DNA of 63,547 bases, filler included, from Stramenopiles sp. TOSAG23-3 (taxonomy: Eukaryota), in NCBI GenBank assembly GCA_900128585.1. It is 40 parts of 40 records of this genome, joined end to end, with 100 filler letters (N's around TTAATTAATTAA, not from the genome) between each part and the next. Parts side by side here need not be neighbours in the genome. Positions count along the whole stretch, not along the records: positions 1 to 1,504 come from LT645758.1; positions 1,605 to 3,107 come from LT645759.1; positions 3,208 to 4,710 come from LT645760.1; positions 4,811 to 6,312 come from LT645761.1; positions 6,413 to 7,914 come from LT645762.1; positions 8,015 to 9,516 come from LT645763.1; positions 9,617 to 11,118 come from LT645764.1; 33 more parts are not named here. One strand, given 5' to 3'. Of the stretch, positions 1 to 11,218 are shown in pieces. A program made the translations under genes and the position numbers. The notes under the pieces are model-generated. The model searched no databases. It worked only from the letters and a program-made list of their open reading frames with translations, and was not told where the DNA came from. How positions within the stretch are numbered: the first letter of the stretch is position 1; each line of letters starts with the position of its first letter.

Positions 1-85
1 AAATTTGTTGCAGGATTAAATAAACGGGACAGGAACGTATCCTTAGAATCCCTTTGAAGCGACGAAGACCTTCTACGGTGTTGCC

Positions 86-1504
86 ATGGAGGCTTTTGAA
101 AATTTTTACAGGTCTTTGCTGCATTTTGATCTTCGGAAAGGGCAAGGGGTCGATTGGAGTGTTGCCATCGAAGGGCTTTCGAAACCAGAACAAGTCGTGC
201 GTTTCAAGTCATTGCAGGCAATACTGAGGGCGTCGGATCATTTATATTCGGCAGTCAGTACTGTGAGGCAAGCCCACACCCTAAGTCGACGACTATGTAC
301 AATCGCAACGGAGGACGAGCATGAGAAGACCCGGGCGATGTCCCTTCTGGCTTTATCAAAGGTGATTGCGTTGTCCGAGCTCGACCAAAATATTACAGGC
401 AATGCTCGAAGGATAGTAAACAGCTCGTTTGAGACGCTCCTGCGTCTGATCAAGTCCGGAAAGAGCTATCCCAAGTATGCACCAATTATTGTCCAAGCAA
501 TTGGCCCTTTTTTAGAAGATGGCCCACATAACTTTCGGTACAACACCGAACAGTCCCTGTTGTACCTTCTTGAGAAAAAATGGGCCGAGTCGATGGAGGA
601 TTCTCAAATACATGTGTTCATTGTGGGCACCATACTATTTACACTATGCCGATACTATACGCGTACCCCTGACAACCGAGAGCGCATTCGGCGTTTTTTG
701 CCCTCCATTTTTGAGATTTACCGCTCGTCAACATCGACCAACTGCGATCGGCCCAGTGCATCCCTTGCTCGTTCCACTTTCAGAGCAAAATTCCTGGAAA
801 ATATAGAATTCCATTCAAAGTCGAAATTATTTCCCCAGTATCAGTCGTCTACGGTCCGTGGTATGTAAACTGCATAGTTCGTGAGAAAACAGAGGCAATA
901 GAGGACATGCTGATCGAGGAGTACCTTGACGGTTGGCGGTCATTTATGTTATTGAATTCAAAGGAATCGTCTTCGGCTCAACTGGTGGAGAGGGAGCATT
1001 TAATGAAAGAAGAAGAGAAAAACTCCCCCATCGCTCGAAACGATGGCGAGGAAAAGTTTCACTCGACACTTAAATTAACTCCCATTCGTATTGAAATGTA
1101 CAGAATGGAGAAGGAGCGGTCTAATATCGCCGCTATCTTTGTGTCGAATGATTCAAACTTGCCCCAATCGTATCATTTGATACCGTCGTTTCAATTGGTG
1201 GGTTTGGGGGGAGAGGAGGTGCTGGATGGCGTGGTCCCTCCAAAGGCCAAAGTTAAAGCGCAGTTTCAAGTTAGCAAAGCTGTCTCCGTTCAAAACAATG
1301 TGTGTTTTTATGCGTCAATAACTGCTGTGGATGATTTCGGGCAAATAATTGGAAAAACTGTCATTTCAGGCAGGGACAAAATGCCCGTGGAATGCATATG
1401 CTCCCCCGATTTTGGCATGTTTCTGGAGCAAAGGCAAAAACACAGAGCTGCCGTTGAAGCCCATTCAGAAAGATTAAATTTCATCTTGGAAACTATCGCA
1501 ATGG
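86..1504 (+). CDS. Unknown protein, helical N-part plus beta-rich C-part, split by a frame change between about 715 and 880; 3' partial
   Basis: ORF 86-868; the frame of ORF 907 is open from 715 and reads LPLVNIDQLRSAQCIPCSFHFQSKIPGKYRIPFKVEIISP... Confidence 0.55.
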
Positions 1505-1604
1505 NNNNNNNNNNNNNNNNNNNNNNNNNNNNNNNNNNNNNNNNNNNNTTAATTAATTAANNNNNNNNNNNNNNNNNNNNNNNNNNNNNNNNNNNNNNNN
1601 NNNN
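1505..1604. other. Artificial contig linker (44 N + TTAATTAATTAA + 44 N), repeated 39 times through the window
   Basis: Identical 100-nt spacer with six-frame stops roughly every 1.6 kb; contig lengths fall steadily from 1504 to 1479 bp. Confidence 0.99.
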
Positions 1605-2209
1605 TCCATGTCAAACATCAGCTCGGGAGACATGAACTCGTCCGTGCCACAAATTGTCATTCTGTTCAGTTCTTGAGCACTCCGTGTTCGCTCCAGCTTT
1701 CTCGCAAAACCAAAATCGCACCACACAGCAGTGGGGGGAACCCCCGGCTTCAATATGACATTGTCCGTTTTGACGTCACGGTGCATAAGTCCGTTTCCGT
1801 GCAGGTACTCGAGCCCAGAGGCCAGTTCTTTGATAACTGTAGTGCGAAAATTCCACCCAGGGGATTTTGAGGGGAAATTGCCGTTTGAAGATTCGTTTAA
1901 AACGTATTCGCGCAGATCTCCGCCAGACAACAACTCGGTTACGATGTAAACGATCTCCTCGGCCTCTTTGTAACAGGACGCTATGTACGCCAACAGGTTC
2001 GGGTGGTTCGTCTCTTTCAATATGGATATTTCTGAAACAATGTACTTCGCATGAAATTCATCCATTAATTTTTGCTTTTTCACGGCACAGTTTCTTCCTT
2101 TGTAAACACCAGCAAAAACTTCTGCAAAATTTCCAGACCCTATGGGTTTCTTGACTTCCAAAGCGGCAATGTCCAGGTCGTCCTCAATCTGTGCAAGTAA
2201 GGCTGCCAT
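1605..2209 (-). CDS. Protein kinase, TKL/LISK-like, 3' partial
   Basis: GSGNFAEV, AVKK, HRDVKTDN, DFG and MTICGTDEFMSPE motifs. Confidence 0.92.
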
Positions 2210-2900
2210 TGGATACTCTGTGATTCTGTTCCCTACTTTCAAACGTAAATGAATTCAATTGATTCTTAAGACAATCGCGTGAGTTGATATACGAATGCTT
2301 GTTTGTCTGAAGAAAAATAAATACTGATTGCTTTCCTTCTGATTCCTTTCTATCAAATTCTACAGTGTCTCTATTACACAAACTGAATGAATTGTACCTC
2401 CTCCAATTATTAGATAGCTTGTGAAATCAAAAACAAACAACAACAACGAACAACAACAGCAAAAAAAAGATTTTTTTTTCCTGCCTGCCTGATGATGAGC
2501 CTGATGGATGAGGAGAATTTTATTATTTCTTTTCTTCTTCAGGCATGATGCAATATTAATAATAATACAATATTACATATAGTTATTAATATTGTTTTCC
2601 TATTATCAAAATAGCAAATATCCGTTTTTTTTTTCCTTCCGTCTTCCGTCCCTCTCTCTTCTTCTTTCTTCTTCTTCAATCTTTTTTTCCTCCTTCTTCC
2701 TCCTCCTCGTGTTTTTATGTGGAGCAGTTTGTTTATTTCTCTACGAGGAACTGCAGAGTCTATTTTACTGGCAAGGATTCGGCATCATTACTTGCTAACA
2801 AATTCATTGGAAATCAAAAAGAAACATAGGAATTGCTAAATGATTAACAATAAAATATCGCAATAGTTGATAGTAACGAGGATCAGTATCAGGTTGTACA

Positions 2901-3107
2901 ATGGCTGACGAGGAGTGGGCGAAGCAACAGAAAGCCCACCAAAGGGCTGTAGACGCCGCTAGGACCGCCGTTGCACGCCGCGGTTTTGTATTCCATTCCC
3001 TTCTTGGTTCCGATGAGCGAATACACGAAATTTATAGAGGAAATAAGAAGGCTGATAAAAAAAGAATTAAGCGTCGGTCATCGTTGCCTAGCGTCATAAC
3101 CCCTCTG
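2901..3107 (+). CDS. Hypothetical protein, 5' end only
   Basis: acaATGg start, divergent from the kinase, open to contig end. Confidence 0.5.
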
Positions 3108-3207
3108 NNNNNNNNNNNNNNNNNNNNNNNNNNNNNNNNNNNNNNNNNNNNTTAATTAATTAANNNNNNNNNNNNNNNNNNNNNNNNNNNNNNNNNNNNN
3201 NNNNNNN

Positions 3208-4628
3208 CTGCGGTTCAAATCGTATTGCATAGTCCGCCATTTCCCCTCTTCGAAAGAGCCCGCGAAGTTTCTTGCTATTTGCTGGCCTAACTCCCATAAC
3301 ACTCGGGTTATGGCTTGCCGCGTAACCTCCCAAACCGTTGTAAATTCCCGATCGATCAATCGTAGCCAGTCCTGAATCTTTTGATAAATTCCTGGCAATA
3401 ACGGGTCCCAATACTTTTTAATCAGAGGCATCGCTGTTTGAGAAATTAGATTCCGCCATCTATCGAACGATGTGACAGCCCGCTCGTCCCGACTAATCAC
3501 ATCCCAAGCTTCCGCGTCCCCGCCATCAATTCCCAACGCGTCGACTATTCTCTCAGTTATGGCTAATTCCTTCGCTCGAGAACGCGATTTTGCCGATCTC
3601 AGCTCCTCGCCATATTGGAGCTGACCTTCTCTTGTGAGGATTGGTGCCCATTTAAACAATTCCCCCAAGTCGAACCGGAAGATTGCAAACGCCAGGCTTG
3701 TCGGGACGACTGCTGTTTCTGCCTGGGAAATTTCGTTTTTTAACTCTTGGATCATGATCTTATCCTGCTTCGTAAGCGCTTCCATGAACATCTGTCCCTT
3801 ATACGTCTTACATTTCCATAATATTTTATTTACCGCTGACGTGTACCCTTGTTGAGGTGTAGAGATAAGAGGATTATACGTACCTGAATTTGGGGGCAGA
3901 GCTTGATGTGCGTGGAACTCTGGTATCGCCCGTCCCTGCCCTCTTCCCGTGTAACTTTCTCTTCCTCTTTCTTGAGAGCTCTGCCCGATCTGTGATGCTG
4001 GGATAAACCCCTGGAGTGGCCGTGGTGGTCCTGCGATCTGCTGGGGTGTTCTCCCCATCCGACTGTTCAGCGTCGCCAAAGTTTCGTCGTGGTTGGCCCC
4101 AGCCAAGTGTACCCTCGTATTCGGGGGGGTAAAGTACTCCTGTCTTTGCCAATCGTACTGTGTGTTGGGCGTATCCGTGTTTCCTTGTGGGCTTAGTTGT
4201 GTCCGTTGCGGTCTCGCCTGTTCCTCTAATACCCGTATCTTCGCTTGGAGAGTCTCCAACATTATCTCTCTGTTCGTGGCCGCAGCGCTCAAATTTCTTG
4301 CTTCGTCTTGGAGAGCCCTAACTACCTCCTTCTGCCTTTCCAAGTGGTCGTTACTCGCCTCCACTTCTGCTCTCAGACTCGTGATAATAAGATCTCTCTC
4401 ATCAACTCCTGGGATGTCGAACTCCCCTGACTCAGTGGGTGTTACAACCGACGTGTTGTCGCTTGGTAGTTCTTCCGTCACCGTCGGAGGTTGGGTTTGC
4501 GTGCCCTGAGGTGTCCCTGAGCCTGATGCCCCTCCATTAGATCTCAATGCACGCTGCTCATTAGCCGATGGACGGCGGGGGTTCTGCCCCCGGCCTTTCC
4601 TCTTGCTTGTCCTTGTTCGTGTTGGCAT
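3208..4628 (-). CDS. Gag-like/ORF1-like protein of a possible retroelement, 3' partial
   Basis: MPTRTRTS start, disordered N-terminus, coiled coil, P/Q-rich linker, helical C-domain; no diagnostic motif seen. Confidence 0.35.
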
Positions 4629-4810
4629 TCTAAAAAATTTTCTTTTTCTTTTCGTTTCTTTTCTTTCAAGGTAGATTCGATAATCTGAGCTACTGTCTAG
4701 AATCGGATTCNNNNNNNNNNNNNNNNNNNNNNNNNNNNNNNNNNNNNNNNNNNNTTAATTAATTAANNNNNNNNNNNNNNNNNNNNNNNNNNNNNNNNNN
4801 NNNNNNNNNN

Positions 4811-5400
4811 AGAGTCTTTTGCGCTGTCTCTGGCAACATGATACCTGTGCTGTAAATAATAGATGAAATCAGAATATGTTCAGTAAAAGATTATGACAAA
4901 ATATTTGGAAAAAATCCACAAAAAGACACATAATCACGTATATACAGATTGAAATCGTAATATCTGAACCAATCACATCATTGGATGTGAATGAATTGGA
5001 TAGTTATCTCGATATGGCTACTCTAGCGCATGCGTTTACCATTATGTTCATTCAATAAAAATTGTCATTGGTGTTGACACAACCAACAACAATTTTTACA
5101 GGTAGCGAAGCTTGCTACAATAACGATTGGTGATATAACACGCGCAACAATTTCATTGACAGACATGTGAACAAAATGAATGACGAACATTTTGATCTGA
5201 TGTAACTTCCATCAAATATTTGGAAAAAAAATAAAGACGAGCAGTAAAAGCTGCCCGAACACAAACGAAACTCAATGAAAGTTGTTTTCAGCAATGTTAA
5301 AGAAAATCAACTTACCACCAGCAGTGACTGTCTCAGCCAAAGCTTTCTGTACCAAAACACGGTTTCCTAAAGGTGCGAGACGGCGAGCGAGGTTAGCCAT
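4811..5400 (-). CDS. HSP10: 10 kDa chaperonin (Cpn10/Hsp10); exon 1 5400-5316, intron 5315-4845, exon 2 from 4844, partial
   Basis: Spliced translation MANLARRLAPLGNRVLVQKALAETVTAGGIMLPETAQKT; GTAAG donor and CAG acceptor; not in the ORF track. Confidence 0.95.
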
Positions 5401-5540
5401 TGACATTTTTAGTTACACAAACTTCGTTAGTTACTAATCAAAAGGACGCAGTAAACAAACACACAAAGGTAGAAAGGGCTAAGGGCGCACTGACACCACA
5501 CAAAAGTCACACAAGTCACGTTTTGACCAAATTTAGAAAT

Positions 5541-5580
5541 TTTTGCCACGTGTCGTGTCGCCAAATTTTGCCACGTGTCG
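5541..5580. promoter_or_regulatory. Duplicated TTTTGCCACGTGTCG (G-box/E-box core) in a bidirectional promoter
   Basis: Two exact 15-mers at 5541 and 5566, between divergent cpn10 and ORF 5714. Confidence 0.55.
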
Positions 5581-5713
5581 GCCAACTTCACGGTTTCATA
5601 AACTAACGGGTACCTAAAATGGCAGTCACAAGTAATATTTTTTTTTCAAAAGACAATGTCAAATCATTCTTGATTTACAAAAATTTCCAATTTACAAAAT
5701 GCTGGAATAGAAT

Positions 5714-6312
5714 ATGGATAGCATGAGCAACGAGGTTATTTTAGACTCTCCAAATAGTATATCATCTTGGATTGATGGTGTTGTCGAAGTTGATTCTACA
5801 GATGATGAGTTTGATAATGGATTTGACACTGGTGACAACTCTTCAGATAAAGAACAACTAAAAAGAAACGTTCCTCAAAAGAAACCTGGAAGATCTGGTT
5901 CAAATTTTGCAGTTGGTGCTACTAAGCTGTCGAAGAATGACCCTAGAGCCTTGCTTCTTTCTACACGACCATATTTTGTCCACGGTGCTGGAATAGACTC
6001 TGCAAATGGCAAATATACATTTGACCCTGATAGTGAGGTAGACTTTATGAATACTTCAAAATTTAAACGAAGATGGTATCAGGAAAAAATATCAATTATT
6101 GATGATTCCAATAGTGGCGGAAATATTTACGAGCTCTTCGAGTTACTTCGAATTGGAAGGTGTAAATGGGTTTTTCGTGTCCATACAAATAATTGTGCAA
6201 CAAGTAAACTCACAGAACTTAAAAATTTCAAAGTAGAAAACTTTGATTGTCACGTTGATCTATACATGTGTGATAATCCATCACCACTACCTCCACATGT
6301 TGGATGGCCATC
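5714..6312 (+). CDS. Hypothetical protein with V.GAG...NG.Y and LY...LPP..GW motifs, partial
   Basis: Long ORF open to contig end; motif pattern familiar from stramenopile proteins. Confidence 0.7.
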
Positions 6313-6412
6313 NNNNNNNNNNNNNNNNNNNNNNNNNNNNNNNNNNNNNNNNNNNNTTAATTAATTAANNNNNNNNNNNNNNNNNNNNNNNNNNNNNNNN
6401 NNNNNNNNNNNN

Positions 6413-7914
6413 TTCTTTACACCGTACATATACACAGCATTGTCACGGTTAATTAAATTAAATATTTTTTTTTTCTGTTTTTTTTTTTTTTATGTGGTTG
6501 TTTGTTCTTGTCTTTATCCGCCTCCTTTTCGTGGCGGACCGCTGTACCGAACCATTGCTCCCCACCCTGACAGCACCGTTAAAAATCGATTCCTTGGTCT
6601 TTTTCGCATATTTTTGAGACGAAAAAGTGCTATGGGCGTTCAAACTTCGTGACGGCGTTTTCATGGTTTTGCTCGAAGCCGAGCTTCGAAGTAATGCCGA
6701 CTTGGAGGACAGCTCCACGACGCCAGGCGTGCCGTTACCTTTGTCTTCGGCTTCTTTTTCCTTATTAATTCTAATGTTACTATCGTTCTTCTTCTTCTCA
6801 ACAACCTTTCCGACCGTCTGAGAGCCTGCAGAAACGACGACTGCTGTCTTGGTTTGCTTTGCAAGTCTGCCTTTAATGCCCTGGACATCGCTGTCGAAAG
6901 TTTCACACGCTTTACTGCGGCGTGCGGCCCGCTTTGAGGTAGCAAAACTGAAAGGCTTCGTATGGGTGGTCTTCGCCTTCTTTTTGCCGCTATCTTTTGC
7001 CGGCAAGCCCCCATTTCTATGGACAGCCCCCTTCTGTTGTTTGGTCACTGCTCTCCCAAACGCGATCGGTTTCTTCTCTCGGCCTTTTCGATCCGACGGG
7101 CATTTCTTGTAGCTTCTCTTGCCGACGCTACTGTGGGGCTGGTGGGCGGCTGCGGCGTTCGTTACGTTCTCCTTCTCTTGCTTTGCGGGGACGGACGCTT
7201 TCTTCAAATTGGGGGAAGAGGTTGACACTCTTTTTTGGCGTGTCAAATCGCTCTCTTCATGTATACCATGCACTAAACTCGCCATGTTTCTAAAAAATAA
7301 ACTAAAATCTACCACTATGTACGGGAGATTTTAGCCAGGCACGTTTGCCGGTAGGTTGCCAAGGAGACCAGGGGTGAGGGAGACCTAACGCGGTGTCAAA
7401 ATCGTGCACGGGACAGGCTCACGGGATTTCGACAAACAAGATTAATCGTCAACGGCACGCTGTTAGCAGACAGGATCACGAACACTCCTTAGCTCTGTCT
7501 TCGATCGAAACTACGACGTATACAATTTCAGTCGATTTTAATGAACACTTCGTAAACGTGTTAATCGACCAAAGGGATGGATATTCTTTGGAAATCCCAT
7601 ATGGTAATGCATGAAAACATTTTTTATATAGCACCACACCAAGATAAAATAATACTGTAATATAATAAGGCCGGCACCACCATTTTTATACAGTACACAG
7701 CACCACATACGAGGTTTATTTTTTCATAATCTTATCAAAAAAAAAATTGAAAATGTACAAAATGAAAAGAGGTGTAACAGGGAAATAGAACAGGAAAACC
7801 TTGAGGCGGATAAAGACAAGAACAAACAACCACAAAAAAAAAAAAAAAACAGAAAAAAAAAATATTTAATTTAATTAACCGTGACAATGCTGTGTATATG
7901 TACGGTGTAAAGAA
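6413..7914. repeat. Contig bounded by a 112-bp inverted repeat (6413-6524 / 7803-7914; first 79 bp perfect)
   Basis: Direct reverse-complement comparison, one mismatch. Confidence 0.95.
6458..7285 (-). CDS. Basic low-complexity protein with KEN box and TPX2-like T.KPFSFATSKRA motif
   Basis: ORF translation; C-terminus runs into the terminal inverted repeat. Confidence 0.55.
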   Translation of the reverse strand: MASLVHGIHEESDLTRQKRVSTSSPNLKKASVPAKQEKENVTNAAAAHQPHSSVGKRSYKKCPSDRKGREKKPIAFGRAVTKQQKGAVHRNGGLPAKDSGKKKAKTTHTKPFSFATSKRAARRSKACETFDSDVQGIKGRLAKQTKTAVVVSAGSQTVGKVVEKKKNDSNIRINKEKEAEDKGNGTPGVVELSSKSALLRSSASSKTMKTPSRSLNAHSTFSSQKYAKKTKESIFNGAVRVGSNGSVQRSATKRRRIKTRTNNHIKKKKTEKKNI

Positions 7915-8359
7915 NNNNNNNNNNNNNNNNNNNNNNNNNNNNNNNNNNNNNNNNNNNNTTAATTAATTAANNNNNNNNNNNNNNNNNNNNNNNNNNNNNN
8001 NNNNNNNNNNNNNNATTTTAATTTAATAGTAATTAGTAATAAAATATCACTTTTTTAATTCTATTTCATTTTTTGTATCATTTTGAAGAGGCTCGAGTCT
8101 CGAGTCTTGACTTGTTCGCTGCCAACCAACAACCAAAAAGACGGTTGTATTGAATTTTATATAATAAATAGGATGTATTTATATTTATATCTCATGTTTT
8201 AACTGATTGCTATTTACATTGAATACAATTTATAATCATAATGTATATTTATCTATTTAATATATATATACTATATTTATACTTATAATTAATCTCTATT
8301 CTGATTGGAGAAGCTTGCTTTTTATATAATTATTACCAGGTATTTTTATTTTACTTTTT

Positions 8360-8410
8360 TTATAAAAAAAAAAAGTTAAGAAAGAAAGAAAGAAAGAGAA
8401 AGAAAGAAAG

Positions 8411-8461
<51 letters not shown>

Positions 8462-8470
8462 AAAAGAAAT
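8360..8470 (+). repeat. (GAAA)n microsatellite; (GAA)n tracts also at 22405, 38313, 49500, 52585 and 53080
   Basis: Visible tandem repeats. Confidence 0.95.
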
Positions 8471-9002
8471 AAATAGTCTAATATAATTGCCTTTTTTTAT
8501 AACTGCCAATAATAATAATAAAATGATAATAAGCAAATTCAACACTACTACTACATCATATTATTATGTATAGAAGAGAGAAGACTATTCATAGTCGATA
8601 TAATAATAATAATTATTGGAATAATAATATAGTGTCAAACTTATTATGGATAGAGGTTTATTTTTCTTCTTTCTCGTCCTCCGTCGTTAATACTTCTTCG
8701 TTGAGACGAACAAAAAAGCATGTACGTACATAATTGCGAGAAGAATTATTTTGTAGATGCACTCATGCCGCGCGTTTAAATTATAAGTATTCGTCTATCT
8801 ATCAATTTGTTTGTTTTTAGTTTTCGTTGGGAAACTTGGACAGCGGCCGGCGGAAACGAATAAGGTGCCTGGACTGTGGAAGACCAGCGTCCTTCAATAG
8901 TAGTTCCGAGCACACGCTCCCTTCTCCCGTAGACCAGGGCGCTCCTCCTTTTGGGCTGATAGATACACAGCCGTCATTCGGCCATACCCGGACCCTTCGA
9001 AC

Positions 9003-9516
9003 ATGAACCCTCGATTTTGTTGCCGTCTCCGTGCCAGTCTTTTCCTAATAGTATGTATAGTGATAGCCGTTAACTGCGGTTCTGCCCAGCCGTCGATCCC
9101 TAACGAAAACTACGACTGCGAGGCCGACCGCCGCCGTCTGACGAATGGGATGGGGCAAGCCGCCGCGTACGACCTGCGCAGGGCCGCGGGCGGGCTAATC
9201 CCAGACACAAATCCTGGGTACACCGGGGGGCCGTACCAAGAGAAGACCTTCGGTTCGAGGGGAACCGTTGGCAGCGTCATACCCCAGGCGGTGGACTATA
9301 GCCTGATAGGAAACCGCAACAAGGACGTACTGTTCCACCTCCGGTCCAACATAGAAATCCCGGACGACGGGGAAATAAGCCCTCAGATTTTCGTCCCAGA
9401 TGACATCATTGTCAAGACCATCGAGGTGAACATCCGGGGCCTGTACCACGAGCACGCCGAGGACTTGAAGATAAGACTTCAGCACGTGGTGGAAGAGCAC
9501 TCCGAGCCGGACGTCT
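9003..9516 (+). CDS. Secreted protein with proprotein-convertase P-domain-like region, partial
   Basis: Signal peptide; IPDDG...IFVPDDIIVKTIEVNIRGLYHEHAEDLKIRLQH. Confidence 0.7.
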
Positions 9517-9665
9517 NNNNNNNNNNNNNNNNNNNNNNNNNNNNNNNNNNNNNNNNNNNNTTAATTAATTAANNNNNNNNNNNNNNNNNNNNNNNNNNNN
9601 NNNNNNNNNNNNNNNNAAGAAGAAGCACAAGAACAACATGATAATTGCAGTATATATATATATAT

Positions 9666-10616
9666 ATGAGCATGCCCTGTTTCTTTCTTAAACATGGTTT
9701 ACTATTGATCGCCGTCGTTGTCCTTCTAACGGTGGTTGAAGCGGGGAAGTCGTTTGGTCGGTACCGTGGACGGGAGCACATTGCTCGGCAAAGCTCACAC
9801 ATGCACATCCACGCCCCTTACCATGTTCAATTCGTCAAAGGGCACTTCGTCGAACACATAAAGAAGCGCTTCGCCGATGCGGACGAGGACGAGAACGAGG
9901 AATTGTCGCACCACGAGTTCGTTCGTTTGATCGACATGGTGGTCCTTGACCACCGCGAGGAAACCAAGAGCACAGAGCTGGCACCCCACCCCATACACAT
10001 CGACGACGTGTACAAAGATTTTGACGCGAACGAGGACAATGTGATCGATCTCCACACTGAGTGCCACGAGGCCAACGCCCTGCATTCCGTGAACCAGTGG
10101 CTGCAGCAAGCCGAGATCGTCGCGGAGCACGAAAGGCACCCCCACACGCTGGAATCGAGAACGCACCCAAAACGGTTCGTGGCCTTCAACGCGAGGGAAA
10201 TCAAAGAGCTTCTCCACACGATCACGGACGTCGACCGGGACGAGCAGTGGACAGAGGAAGAACTCGGCGACACACTCCACGTCCTCCACAAACAGGACCA
10301 TGGGTACTCCTACACCCGCCTTCGCAGTGCCACGGACATGTTTCGACGGCTAGATCGCGACCGAACGTTTAGCCTCAACCAACGGGAAATCTACGAGCCA
10401 AGGCACCCCAACGACGAAGATTTGGACGAATTCATCGACCAAGAGGCCTTGCGCGCAACGGTTATTGAATTTGAAGATCGCACGGGGTACACGCACGATC
10501 CCACACGGTTCGACTACTTGTTAGAGCACGACAAGGAAGAGAAACGAAGGCAGGAAGAAGCAGAAGAAAACGCGAATGACGAGTTTGCGAAGGAGGACGC
10601 CGCGGAGGCTCTGTAA
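9666..10616 (+). CDS. Secretory His-rich multi-EF-hand protein (copy A, GC-rich)
   Basis: Signal peptide; loops DEDENEELSHHEF, DANEDNVID, DVDRDEQWTEEEL, DRDRTFSLNQRE; colinear homologue at 35601-36584. Confidence 0.88.
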   Translation: MSMPCFFLKHGLLLIAVVVLLTVVEAGKSFGRYRGREHIARQSSHMHIHAPYHVQFVKGHFVEHIKKRFADADEDENEELSHHEFVRLIDMVVLDHREETKSTELAPHPIHIDDVYKDFDANEDNVIDLHTECHEANALHSVNQWLQQAEIVAEHERHPHTLESRTHPKRFVAFNAREIKELLHTITDVDRDEQWTEEELGDTLHVLHKQDHGYSYTRLRSATDMFRRLDRDRTFSLNQREIYEPRHPNDEDLDEFIDQEALRATVIEFEDRTGYTHDPTRFDYLLEHDKEEKRRQEEAEENANDEFAKEDAAEAL

Positions 10617-10802
10617 ATAAACCGGCGTCAAAGATTATTTGAAAAACAAAAAATTGGCTGCTATTTAGATAATTTTTAGATCTCTATAGTTCGTATATTT
10701 TTAATATCTAAAACGCGTTATATGGCGTATTTTGGTACTGGAAGAAATCAAGAGAATAGTCTAGGGTATTTTCTTGTATACTGATGGCTTCAACATTTTT
10801 AT

Positions 10803-11118
10803 TTAAGGGCTGCCGTCTGCTGCTTCCGCGGGCATAACCTCGTCATCTTTGTCCGGGCCGTTCGTGCCCTTTCTCAACGCTTTCACTCGCTTTCGGTCAT
10901 GGTTGCCACGATGTATTTTCTGTATTTTCTTAGCAGCGTGCCGCTGTTCGTGCATGACCCTGACTTTTTTTCTATCGCTTTTGCCCCGGTGAACCCTTTG
11001 GATCTGCTTGGCGGCTTGGTGCTGCTCCTTTCTATCGTTCGCCTTCTTTCGCCCCATCTTTCCCCGCTGCACTTTCTGTATCCGTTGGACCGCCACGTGC
11101 TGCTCCTTCAGCTCGTTG
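10803..11118 (-). CDS. IQ-motif protein, C-terminal part
   Basis: Three IQxxxRGxxxR motifs. Confidence 0.85.
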
Positions 11119-11218
11119 NNNNNNNNNNNNNNNNNNNNNNNNNNNNNNNNNNNNNNNNNNNNTTAATTAATTAANNNNNNNNNNNNNNNNNNNNNNNNNN
11201 NNNNNNNNNNNNNNNNNN

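Noticed and set aside
861-877. 17-nt spliceosomal intron as a firm call
   Set aside because: Downstream frame is already open and protein-like from 715; no other tiny introns seen
1549-1560. Regularly spaced TTAATTAATTAA as a CRISPR-like or biological repeat
   Set aside because: Synthetic six-frame-stop linker inside N runs
6413-7914. TIR transposon
   Set aside because: No transposase; the repeat duplicates the gene's own 3' end; 79-bp perfect core
9795-10372. Many overlapping antisense or alternate-frame ORFs in GC-rich genes
   Set aside because: Shadow ORFs expected from codon bias
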